Source of the DNA: Phyllosticta citribraziliensis | Lineage: Eukaryota | NCBI RefSeq assembly: GCF_038025025.1 | Contig: NW_027117345.1 | Coordinates: 806,001-870,000 of the forward strand | DNA: 64,000 nucleotides | Reading direction: 5' to 3' | Part shown: positions 48,612-60,300 of the stretch, piece by piece | Layout: each line of letters starts with the position of its first letter | Numbering within the stretch: position 1 is the stretch's first letter | Notes under the pieces: model-generated | Database searches by the model: none | Seen by the model: the letters and a program-made list of their open reading frames with translations, nothing else | Told to the model about the DNA's origin: nothing | Translations under genes and position numbers: made by a program

Positions 48612-50075
48612 TCAATCAAACGTAATCTTCTTGCCCTGGAACTCGACCTTGGCGCTCGCCTGCTCCTTCAACCTCTTCTTCGCCTCCCAACTAGGATGCA
48701 ATTTGCCCTCATCATCGCGATGCGCAACCTTGCGCTTGCCCAGCGCCGTCGTATTCGCCGCCGTGCTGGAGTCCTTGCTGGGCCCACCGCTCCCCTGCCC
48801 GCCGCCAAACCTGGCGCCCCCTCTCCTGGCCGCAACCCCCTTGTTTCTGCCTCCGTCCGCCGCAGTCGTGGCCCCGCGCTTCGCGTCCCACCCTGCGTTC
48901 CGATCCTTTTTGGCCTTTTGCTGCTGCTTCTGCATGTGTGCCGCCTTTTCGCCGTACTTCTTCTCCCAGATGGCTTGGCGTGCGCGCTGGCCTCGTCGGT
49001 TTTTGCGCGGCGGCGCTACTGCTTCGTCGATGTCTTCGGGCTCTGAGCCCGAGTCGGAGCCGCTTATGTAGCCGACGGCTGAGAGGGATGGGATGAAGGT
49101 TGACTTGGTTGGCGCGGCGGCGCGTGTGGCTCTGGAGGGTGGTTCGGGAGAGGGTGAGAGTGATGGGGAGGCGATTGCGGCGTCGTCTTCTTGTTCCTCT
49201 TCTTGGAGTGAGGCGTCCGATGGTTGTTGCTCGTCGTCATTGTCGTCAGACCCGTTGGCGCTTGCCAGGGATTCGTCGTCCTCGTCTTCAGAGGCTGCAG
49301 GCGACGGGTCCGGTGTGACGGAGAGGTCGCGCGTAGGTTTGTAGCCAGGCGGCACGCGTAGCACGTCGTGATCCTCCTCCTCCTCCTCATCTGAAGACGC
49401 AGCAATGCGATCTGAGAAGCCAGCGAATTCGTCCTCGCTGTCGACATTGTCGCCCTGACCATCATGTACCTCCGCCTCTTCGCTCTCCGAACCAGCGTCC
49501 TCTTCCTCAACCTGCTTCCTCGCCATCTGCGCACTCTTCTTCTCCGTCTTGGCCTTATTCTCCTTCACTCCCCCCTTCTTCCCCTTCTCTTCCGCCTCCA
49601 CACCCAAACAAGCCCTCACATCCTCCACAATCGCATCCATAGCGACCCTCGTCGCCCGCGCATTAAACAGCCTCGCCTGCAAATCCAACACCTCCTTCCT
49701 CTCCTCCGCACTCGCCCCCTTCAACCCCGCCCGCAGCACCCACGGCGGCAGCGCCTCGTGCTCGCGCACCCGCTTGACCTTGCCCAGCAGCCGCCCCAGC
49801 CCGACCTCGGCCAGCCGCTCAAACTGCAGCGCCTTGACCGCGTCGATCTCGCGCGCCACGCGCGCCGCCGTCGCCGCGTCGTTGGCCGTCTGCGCCGTCT
49901 TGAGTCGCCGCGACAGCTTCTGCCGCTCGAAGCCGCGCGCCAGCTTGAGCGTTTTCACGAGCGTCTTTTTCGAGCGGTCGAGGAGTGGGAGCAGCTTTGC
50001 TCGTTGGCGGGCGAGCGCTGGGTTGATGTCGTCGGCGGGCGCGAGGGAGGCGCCGCTGCGTTTGCGCTTGGGCAT
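48612..50075 (-). CDS. BUD22: Bud22/SRF-dependent ribosome biogenesis factor
   Basis: GFERQKLSRR N-terminus, acidic middle region, RKNRRGQRARQAIWEKKYG, LHPSWEAKK and FQGKKITFD. Confidence 0.92.
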   Translation of the reverse strand: MPKRKRSGASLAPADDINPALARQRAKLLPLLDRSKKTLVKTLKLARGFERQKLSRRLKTAQTANDAATAARVAREIDAVKALQFERLAEVGLGRLLGKVKRVREHEALPPWVLRAGLKGASAEERKEVLDLQARLFNARATRVAMDAIVEDVRACLGVEAEEKGKKGGVKENKAKTEKKSAQMARKQVEEEDAGSESEEAEVHDGQGDNVDSEDEFAGFSDRIAASSDEEEEEDHDVLRVPPGYKPTRDLSVTPDPSPAASEDEDDESLASANGSDDNDDEQQPSDASLQEEEQEDDAAIASPSLSPSPEPPSRATRAAAPTKSTFIPSLSAVGYISGSDSGSEPEDIDEAVAPPRKNRRGQRARQAIWEKKYGEKAAHMQKQQQKAKKDRNAGWDAKRGATTAADGGRNKGVAARRGGARFGGGQGSGGPSKDSSTAANTTALGKRKVAHRDDEGKLHPSWEAKKRLKEQASAKVEFQGKKITFD

Positions 50076-51510
50076 GGTGGTGGGTTTTGGAGAATAGCTC
50101 TTTTTGCAGCCTCGAATGCTGAACTGGCGCTGCCGAGGGGTGTCTGAGCCGCTGGTGTTGGTGTTGCGAGTGGATTGCGAAAAGTTGGTTCAACAGTTTG
50201 GAAACTTTTGGATCTGCGTGTCAAGGATTAGCGCGTTGTGGTGGTCCGTGCACGTATACTGCTCGCCGCTGTTCTCCAAATTGACTATCTAACTACCGTA
50301 GATGTCAGGCCCAGAGTACATAGTGAAGAACGCGTTGATTAGCATTATACATTATGCTTTTGACCTACAATCTGGTCCAGTGTTAGGTGTGGTGTACAGA
50401 AAAGCCGATACTCAATTTCATGGGTCGTGCTCACAATAAAATGCATGTTTTCAGACAAGTTCAATCTCATTCAAACTGTGGTATGCCCACCACTACATAT
50501 CAGTCTGGTATTCAAGTTCCAACTAGTCCCTATGACCAACACGAGAGCTCCATCCAATTCAACATCATGCACCGCAGCAGTGAGTCCTGCCTGCGTTATC
50601 ATCCCCTGTGATGGAGGCGAAGCCAAAAGAAAAATCCTTCAAACCAATGTGATGGAATGACGAGTAGAGTAGGAAACAAAACAAGTCTAGCGTAACAGAG
50701 CGATGATATTGAACAGTTGAAGATCCAGAAAAAGAAATGTGCAACACGGATTGTGGCACAGGAGCGCAATTGCTCCATCTGCCCCCAAGTGTCTTGAGGA
50801 CAGTGATGACCGATCAAGAGATGGACAACCGCAGCTTGAACGTGCGTTTGTCGTACCTGAGCCGGCAAGGTGCGTAACCAGGTTGATGATGATGACGACA
50901 ATGGTGATGCCGCAAATGAAGCATCCTTGAAAAGCAAAACCAAACATTGCGATCATGACAGAGACTGCGTGTCCGTTCACGTGGACCAGAAAGCAAAAGC
51001 ATGCGAGGCTCATCGCAAGTCTGGACGAGTCGTGAATGAAACCCAAAAAACGAAGCGACTTGTGGGAAAAGACAATGTAGTATCGTAAAAGAAGAATGAC
51101 TGAAAAGGACGAGAGTAAGAAGAGAGAGGTCGACACGCTGCTGCCATTCCTTCCATCCAACACACTGTCAGTCCGAGCATGTGTGGAGTGGAGTGGATGG
51201 CAGGACTCTGTGTCGCATGAGCCCTCTCGTCCTGTCGCTGACTGTAAGCAAAGCCTGCAAACATTTTGACGCCATAAATGCCGATTTCGCCCTTGATCCG
51301 ATTTCGAAACCCAAAATCAATCGTGTCGTACGTGCTGAGCTGAGAAATGTAAAACGCAGACGGTCGTCTACGCCATGTCGGTTGGATGCATCCAGGTCTC
51401 GGACAAGCATGGCGCATCCAACTAGAAAGGTGTTGCTGTTCCTTGTCACATTGAAGGTCTTTGTCAAGCGAGCTTTTCAGCCTGGGTCAAGACTTTGACT
51501 TCATTCGCAA

Positions 51511-54424
51511 CTAGGCCCCACGCCACGGACTGCCACCCCTCTTCCTCGTCATCGGATCTCTCGTATCCCGGGGCTCCTCCAGGCTTCTCCTTCCACCCTG
51601 AACTCCAAGCTCGCTCATGGTAAAGAGCAGTGGCTCGTCGTCATCCACGTTGGCCGCAGCAGAAACAGGCCGAGAAGAGAAGCTGTATCGGCTTCCACCT
51701 CTGCTATTCCGCCCGCTTGCAATGCCGCTATCGCTTTCTCCACGCTCAGAAGCCACGCTGCGACGGCCACTTTCGGTGGATGTGTTGACGCGTGTGCGGT
51801 AGGCAAGGCTTGGAGTGGCCGAGTGGGCGCCGGAACGAGTGGAGGATGTGCCTTGGGTGGAACGAGGTCGCTCACGGAGGACGAGGGGGTCTATGATAGC
51901 TCCAGGAGAGGGGTCAGTCTCAGGCGCGTACTTTTCGACGGATTCGCCTTCAGCCCCCGACGATGATTCCTGCGTGCCCTTGTGTAATAACTCGCTGAGG
52001 CTCAAGTCTGGGCGATCGTCTGTGGGAAGAGAGGCACTTCGCATACCAAAGAGCTCCGTATCGTCCTCGAGTTGATTCCGGTGCTGCTGCGCGGCAGACG
52101 AACTCCTCCTCGCAAAGGGCCAAGCACGCGGGGAGGTTGGGATTGCCATGCCAGGGCGCTCGTCTTGAGCCGTAGAATCGCTGCCATTGTCGCCAGTGTC
52201 CTCCACGTCGTGGCGGGCGCGCGGGTTGCGGCTACGATGTGGCTGCTCATCGTAGTCAATGATGCTGTTAGCACTCAACCGTGACGGTACAGCAGGGGTA
52301 TGAGGTGTGTGCGGCGAGATTGGTTTGCCAGGCGAGGAAGAAGTGGATACAGAGGCACCGCCCACCATGCCCGGTACGTTTGCAAGGTTGCGGCTGGACG
52401 AGCTGGAAGATCGATGGAGAAGAAGGGAGGAGGATATGGAGTCAGAAAGCGCAGCATTAGATTCACGCATGCGCTGATACTTGGACAGCGCGGCCGTTGT
52501 GCGTCTCATGGACGCATCACGGGATGCCGAGTCTGTGCGGTTCAAGCTCTTGAGTTCCTTTTTCTGCTCAAGAAGCTTGAGGAAGTCTGAAATATTCTCC
52601 TCGTCCGTCTGCACTGAGCCGGAGCTGCCTCCTTCCAGACGCTGGGCGGAGGACGAGGCGCTACCCTTGCCGCTGCTGTTATTGTCATCTTCCGTCTTGC
52701 TTCCACCAGCACCAGAGGAAAACCTCGACCGCCGGTTACTGAAGCTACTGCTATAACGGGAAATGGGCGCAGGTTTTGGAGAGCTCGAAGTCGACGACGC
52801 GATTGCAGTTTCGTTGGGCAAGGAGTGGCCAGAAGGTGTGCGGAGAGCTGCTTGGGGCAGAGCGTTCAGAGAACTCCTATTGCGAGTATGTCCGGCACCC
52901 TGGCCTGTGCCAGTTGCTCTTCCCAGAGATGTCCCAGGAGAAGGTGGAACAACTGGTGATGAGGACAGCGATCCAGCTTTGAAGGGATTTGCAGGCTGGA
53001 AAGACACTGACGTGCGTCGTGGCGAGGCTGGGCTTGCGGCAATATCACGGAGCGACGACTTGGAACTTGTTGCTGTTCGATGATTTGGTGGTATCTTTTG
53101 AGGCGGCGACTCAGGAGAGCCCATATCCTTGGCGGCGCGCAGGGCTGAAATAGGACTGGTTCCAGTCGCCGGGCCGACCTGGTGAAACGTGGACAAGCTC
53201 CCATATGCCTGGCCACGATCCGGTTGTTCCTGATAAAAGTTTCTTCCGGTGGGCAATGATCCCGGGACGCGGCCAGTTTCACGATCGTGAAACGAAGAAG
53301 AGAAGTTGAGGTCGTCCATACCCATGAAGTGGGAGCTGAGTACCGACTCTTGCTTCTCGACGCGGAAGTCAGTATTGTTGCGATATTGCACGGATATGCT
53401 CAGAAGCCCAACGGGAGACTTTGTCGGCTCAAAAGCATGCGTCTGTGCCACCTGTTCGGATGCTGGATAGAGGGGCAGGTCCAGAGTGTCTCGGCGGGGG
53501 CTCTTGAACATGCCGTTTGAGATGCGCCATCTCAGCGGCAAAGAGGGCTGGGCCATTGGATTCCTTGCAACATGTTTGTAGTACTTCCACGCAGGTACTA
53601 GTCGCGTAAAGGTACACAAGGAACGGAAGAGAGCGATAGCGTTTTTGTAGACATTTGGCAGTGTCGCTCTGACCGTCTCGGGATCCATTTTTTGGTTGTC
53701 CGTGACCTCGACTGTCCAGCGCTCCAGAATGACCTGGGTGGGCCTGCCAGAACGACTGGATGGCCGCGAGGTCAGAGGAGTCGCCGTCGTCAGAGCCTCA
53801 GCTACGTCCCACAACTTCCCGTGCTCGTCCACGATGGCAAGAGCCTCCCCATCCGCCAGATCCTTCAAATCGAGGAATATCTCGATGCACAGCGGAGGCG
53901 GAGCCGTATTGACTAGATCGGATGTTGTCCATTCCCGGAGGTCTTCGTTGTAGACGTCGGTCTCGTCAAGCACAAGACTAAACTGTAGCCACAGTTAGCG
54001 TCCCAGTCGCAAATGACTAGGCCTGTGACATACCCATTTGCTCTGCCGAACTTGGCCCTGTTTATTGGCAACTTGTGGAAGTTGGGTCCTCGACTCCAAA
54101 ATCGTGAGGGCTGCCTTTTTGTAGAATTGCTGCACCAGATTAGCACGCTTGGTCGGCGATGGAGCTACAAAGACAAACCATAATCACTTGTCCAAGCTTC
54201 CTCATGGTGGCATCTTCCTCTAGACCAGGATCGGCGGTATCGTCCCCCCTCTCGATATAATCCGAGCCGGCATCGCTGCGGGCAGTCTGGTATGACGTGA
54301 CGGTCGAAGCAGACTCGGAGCGGTAGTGGGCGGCATCTCTTGGGTTGTTGGAGCGGGTAGGGTTTGTGCGAGGCGAGATGGCGGCCGAGGCTCCCCTCGG
54401 GGAAGGCCGGGGATGCTGATGCAT
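51511..54424 (-). CDS. ATG13: Autophagy protein Atg13 (HORMA domain + disordered tail)
   Basis: MHQHPRPSP start, KLGQVIM|QFYKKAAL, KW|FSLVLDETD, VILERW, VYKNAIALFRSL, VQYRNNTDFRV, ISDFLKLLE, DDEPLLFTMSE. Confidence 0.9.
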
Positions 54425-55211
54425 TGTTCGGATGCGGGAGTTGTGTCGTATGGTTGGATATGGGGGTGCGATGCAAACCAAAGGGGGCTTGTAGCGCGTG
54501 TTACGGTTGATGTGTGGTGTAGACTTCTTTATATGAAGCCATTACGGGAAGAGGATGCGCAGGCGGATTGTGTGTCGAGCACGCGTCGGCGGTGGGGAAT
54601 CGCAGGCGGCAGTGACGAACAATTCAGGCTGCCATGATCAGCGGTGGTGGTTGAGGACCGTGGACGTTGTGATTGCCTCAGGTATCAACGAGAGTCGATG
54701 GAGACGTCAAGGTGCGGAGGAGTCGAAGGGCGGATGTCGGGGGAGAGCAGGGTCGACAAAAGGCAGTGGGCGAGCCAGCCTAGGACGTAGAAGCGACGGG
54801 TCGAGGGAGTACGGTAGGTGCAGAGCAGGGCGGCGGTGGTTGAGGTCGGGTCGGGTCAAAGCGACGACTGGTCCTCCATGTGACTGGTACGAGTGACGGG
54901 CGATGACTGTGATAGCGATAGTGGTAGGTAGGGCGGTGGAGCTCGGGCGGCGCGGAGCAGGAGGATGGCGCGAGTACGTAGATGGGTCGGTAGTGAGAGA
55001 GGGTCAAAAGGGGAGTGGAGTGAGAGGGAGGAGAGGGAGAGAAAGAGAGCGGTGGCAGTATGGATGGATGGATGGATGGATGGATGGAGTTGAGATTGGC
55101 GGCGGGATGGGGTTGGCTACAGTACAGGTAGATGGACATGGACTGGGGGAGCTTCCCATTGGGTTGGGCGATCCTGGAACACCACCACCGCAGTCCACCT
55201 CCCGCCCGGCC

Positions 55212-55592
55212 ATGGTCCCGCCCACACCCACCCCACACCATTCACTCGACCATCGACCAACTCGTCACCATCACGACCCTTTTTCGACTCTCTGCTGTAC
55301 AGCGAGTACATTCCATCTCTCTGCTCGCTCTCGACTTGACCTAGACTTTCCCTTTCCCTCTCCCTCTCCCTCTTCCTCTCCTCAGGATGCGCCGAGAAAG
55401 ATCCGACATGTATCCTCCCTTCCTCCCTACCCACCGCAACGACCGGTCAGCCGCCGCGCCCGCGTGCTGTCGTCAAAAGCACAGCCATTCCAGTCAGTCA
55501 GTCAGTCAGTCTGATCAATGTCGACATTGACTCCCTCTTCCACTTTTCGTCGCCATCCGATCCGCCTCGCCCACCCGCCGCCGCCTGTCTGG

Positions 55593-55633
<41 letters not shown>

Positions 55634-56774
55634 TGCCCAGTTCCTGCATCTCACCACTCACCACCACACCACTAACTACATGTACATGATGACCCAGCGC
55701 CTCAACACACGCAGTGCGCGCCCGGGGCGGCCAATCGCGCCCTTATCTGCGTCGTGCTCACTCCTCAGGCTGTGCGACAAAGGGTCTCTTCGGACTCGAC
55801 GCGCGCCTCCGCACTCGGCCATCCAATCCCTTCCTCACCTACGCTTCTAGGCAGGTAGGTAGCTATGTAGCTACATGTACATGGCTGCAGCACTCACAGT
55901 CATACCCCGTGCAGCTCGCCCGCATCCTCGACCCGACCAATCAACTAACCGCCCGCCGCTCGCCTCCAAACAGGCAGAAAAAGAAATCAAGTCTTTGTTT
56001 CTTGACATCATAAACATTGCGCGCCTGTCTGCTCTGTATGTACATGTAGTCATCAGGCTGCCCGTCCGGTAGTCGGTCGTCTGTTATCGCACAAGCACTG
56101 CAGTCGTCGAGGGGGCACAAGATGACGTTAGGTCCACTCGGCGCCTGTCGCGCCCTCCCCGTCCTCTGCTCTGACCTTGCATCCATTCATTCAGCCTGAC
56201 AAAATTCCCGCCCACCTACCTTTCACGTGGTGCGTTGAACATGGCAAAAGCACGCAGCAATCCCATGGCTTTTTTCTGTTCCTCTCCCTTGGCTGTCACG
56301 CCCCTGGAATGCAAAGCGACTCAGCGAGCAGCAGGAGCAGCCGACTCATCATCATCACCACCACGACGGATCGTGGATCCTTGCCCGCCCCCCGCCCCGT
56401 CACGACTCACGAATCACGTCCCGAGGGCCGCTGGCGTCATGGCGTCGTCCCGTCACGAACGAACGCCCTCACGTGCTCACTTACTCAGGAGGGAGGGCCG
56501 GCCGCCGGGCGCGCCTCACGTCAGTCAGTCAGTGCAGTCGGAGGTCAGTCGCCCGGTAGGTCGACGACGCCGGTCTGCCCTTTTCGTTCGGCATTCTTCC
56601 TTTGCATCACGCAAATACATACATACATTCCACAGTCAATCAAAAGAGCTGGCCGGTCGGCCGGCTGGCCTTGAAGCACCGCCCGAACGCACGCACGCAC
56701 GCACGCGACCAGCTGAGCCAACCGCCGCGTGTGGACGAACCCTAAACTGTCGACCACGCCGCCGCTGCACTTAG
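55212..56774 (+). CDS. Putative unannotated multi-exon gene with micro-exons (hypothetical protein, or spliced lncRNA)
   Basis: Exons 55212-55305, 55386-55409, 55698-55713, 55851-55854, 55974-56035 and 56195 onward join into one open frame from an ATG in GCCATGG context. Introns 4 and 5 have canonical donor, branch and acceptor; intron 2 has a perfect branch but a weak GTATCC donor. 3' end uncertain. Confidence 0.5.
55493..55632. repeat. (GTCA)n and (GCTT)n tetranucleotide microsatellites
   Basis: gtcagtcagtcagtcagt at 55493-55510; gcttgcttgctt.. at ~55594-55632. Confidence 0.85.
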
Positions 56775-57307
56775 TCAGTCAGGGTCTCAGGTCTCAGGTC
56801 CCGGGTCGCTTGGGACCACCACACGTCATCGAGTGTTTGGCTCAATGACAATCTAGATAGGAGTCCCGACGTGCCTCGATAGGCAGGTAGGTACCGCAGT
56901 TCGAGAGGGTCCTCGGCCAAATATCCGAATCATCGCAGGGATTCGTCCGATCGATGCATAGTCGCGGGTGTTTGCTACTCCAGGTACAGTACTAGGGGGG
57001 AATCTATTCACCACCTCAGGTGCACCTATGGAGAATCTCCTAGTAACGTTTAACCATAGTCAAGATTTAGATACAATGCATTTATTCATTCAATTGCGAC
57101 TGCTATGACTATTTCATAAAGGAAAACATGCAACGACGCCCAGAAGCAGGAAAAAGCAAAAGGGAAGAAAAAGAAATCACTCCGTACGCCCATCTATCCA
57201 TGAATAAACAAACAAAAAATACCCAAACAACCACCAAGCGCGCCCCACAACATCCTTCACTAACCTAACCCACCGTCGTGAGGTACCCACCACTCACCGC
57301 AGCACGC

Positions 57308-60300
57308 TCAGCTCAACTTCTCCAAAACCTCGGTGCCCCTCAACGCGGCGGCCACGTGCCACGGCACCGCGCCGCCCCGCGTGCCCTTCATGCCGCGCAG
57401 CTTGGCCAGCAGCCCCAGGTTGCGGTACATGATGAGGAACTCGCGCAGCACCGTGTCGTACGTCGTGCGCGCCGCCTGGTTTGCAAACGGGTTGACGCCG
57501 CCGACGCCGACGCCCTGGCCTTGTGCTGCTGCGCCCGTCGCGGATCCAGCGCCATTGTTGTTGTTTGTGCTGCCAGTGCTGCTGCTGCTGCTGCTACCGT
57601 TGCTGTTGGTGTTGGTGCTTGCGGTGGGAGTGTTGCCGTTGCCACCACCGCCGGGGGACGCCAGCGGGCTGTTTGGGCTCTGCCCCGCGACGCTGCTGTC
57701 CATGGGCGCGAGGTTGGCGCCTAGGCCGGAGTTCTGGCGCTGTTGATGGGAGCCCGCCGTGCTGCCGATCCAGATGAGGTTGACGCTCACGGCGATGGGG
57801 CCCCGCGGCGTGTCGGAGTCGGCGAGGCCGCCACCGTTGCCAGTGCTGCTGGCTGCCGCTGCCGCTGCTTCGGCGTCGGCACCGCGCTTGACCAAGTAGC
57901 CGCTTGCGAGCGCGGGCCGGAACTCGACTGTCGAGTTGGAGTTGTGGAGGCGGTGCTGGAGTATGACGCCCCAAGACTCGTCCGTCACGTCGACCAGCCG
58001 CGCCTCGGGGTCGGCTGAAGGGTCCGCGGCTGCCGTGCTTTCTGAAGGCGTGACTGCGGGCGTGAAGCCGTGTTGATCGGGGGAGACGCCTGGCTGTGGT
58101 GTTCCTGGCGTTGAGACCCCTACGCTGTTGGATGATTGATTTTGAGCAGTCGTCAATCCGGGCAGGGGCGTGGTGATGGTGAAGACGGGATTGGGTTCCA
58201 CTGAAATCAAGGCCGCTCCAATGAAAAGAGGACTGGGAATCGCCAGAAGCGACTGCCATGCTGCTTAATGTCAGAAAAGAAACGTCAAAGATTCCCAACA
58301 AACTCACTTTCGACCTCTTCTCGCTCCATGACTCCCGCTCTGGCGATGCAGAGACGCCAAGTCACTCTTCTGGCCTGCATGATTTCAAGCGAAGTTTGGT
58401 AAATCTCCCGAGCCACCTCAATAAACGACCGATTGACCAAACAGTACGAGACGGTCGTCTGGTGCTTTCCTGCATTGTCCGTCCAAGCAGCTGTTATCCA
58501 CGAACCGTCAAAACTGATGGAGTACCCGACGTGGATGTAAGAATTCTCCTGCAACAGATTGGAAGGCGGATCCACCGTGAGGCGAAATGGGATATTTCGG
58601 GGGAGCGTCTCCTCGAGCTGTATGGAAGGGGCCGTACGAATGCTCAAGGCGGTTGGGTCGTCGCTCAAACTTTTTGGAGGGCAACGATCATATACCTCTC
58701 GCGCCATTTTGGTGAGGAGGGCAGGCTCAAGGATGATTGGCGCTTCAAACGATGCAATGTACTTGATCGGGACGAGTTGAAGAACTACATCTGGTTTCGA
58801 GTTTTCAGTGGTAGCAATGGAGACTGGTGGTCCATATGCCTGAAAGAGGGCCCAGAACGCGGAACAGAGTTGCCAAGTGTGCTGCGGATTTGAAAAAGGA
58901 TTGACCAGGTAAATGACGATCGCATCAGCTTGTGCGCCGTCTTCAGCCTTGACAAAATGCTTGTAGTTGATACGGGACAAGACCCTTCCGAGCGTAGCAC
59001 AAGCATCTCGCATTGCTTGGATGCAACTGTGGGCCGTTATTCTCCAGGCGTCGCCATCGACATTGCTGATTGTTGCTGGAACCAGCCCATCGCCTTCTGA
59101 GTTGTCAAGTGCCGGACCCCTAATATGACTTCCGAACTTGGCGGCTTCATAAGACATGCTAATACTGTCAAGGAAGCCTGACACAGCGTCGTTCAAGTCT
59201 GGGTTGGCCGGGTAAACGGAGTAGGCAACAATATTCTTCGGACCGCTGGCTGGTGCCAGACCAAGGGGCTCCCAGAAAGACAAAGCTGGAGGAAGGACAT
59301 CCCACAAATCATCGCCACGATTTAGGCGTATGTGAGGCGTAGATATAGAAAAGAACAAGTTGCCTGCGAAATTAGCTTCATGCGAATGGTGCACAACCCG
59401 AGAGTAACGTACCATGAGGATCCGACTGATTTCGTCTTTGGATCGGTCTCGGTTGGGTTTTGGCACTCGAGACCGGGTGCTCAGGCATCACGTCCTGAAT
59501 TGTGGCGTACTTGACCATATCACAATCGTTCGCCTCTTGGAAAGTTTCTTGCACAACGTTCTGGACAGTCTGCACCGGAAGGAGGTCTGGCGATGGGGGC
59601 AACGCATAATTCAGGGGAAGGGAGTGGCTGTGGTTGAAATTTTGTATTATGTCTGCCTTTGATCAGCATTGCAATTTCTGGCACCAAACTGGCCAAGTCT
59701 TACCCAAGCTTGAGAAAATGACCTGGTCGACAAGAATTTGTGTGATGGCAATGATTTCTTTCACACTTAGGGGTTGCATGATGGGCATTGTCTCCGAGCC
59801 GACATCAGAAGCAGGCGTGGACGCCGCCGACGTCAGCGAGAACGAACCCCGACGAGATCTATTTTCTGTCGACGCGCGACCTCTAAACTTGACCTGTGGG
59901 ATCGGGAGAGCTGCAAGCGACCAATCGTATGGGCCAGGCTCGAATAACGAAAGCGGAGGAATTTCATTCTGAACAAGAGCTATCAGTACAAATGTCGGGG
60001 GACCTGAGGCTACGTGGTTACAATCACGTGTAGTGACAAAGAGCCAAAGGAAGCCCTGCGAAAGATCTCGTTGCAAAAGGCAAGGGAGGAACTTGATTGA
60101 GGTTTTTGACTTACCGGAACTCCATCAATATCCCCCAAGGCAAATTCTTGTGAGTTGTTGTCGAGAGAGATCCCCCCAGGTGTGCTAGCTATTGGAGTGC
60201 CTGCAATGGAGGGCTGCCACGTTTTCTGACCAAGACTGAGAATCGCAGTGAGCCTAGTTGGAGCAACAGATATCTGTTCTCCCTCGAGTGATACTGAGCT

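Noticed and set aside
55410..55851. [A2,3] stwintron reading (CA|GT..AG|G) in the hidden gene
   Set aside because: An earlier CAG (55697) lies at normal distance from the ACTAAC branch, so ordinary micro-exons explain the pattern more simply.
54500..57300. Telomerase RNA or snoRNA host as explanation of the ATG13-MED13 gap
   Set aside because: No complete TAACCCTAA template (only partial AACCCTAAA at ~56738 and TAACCTAACCC at ~57261) and no convincing C/D or H/ACA box pairs in the introns.
59378..60120. Apparent frameshifts in MED13 (split ORFs)
   Set aside because: All breaks are resolved by canonical introns, so it is not a pseudogene.
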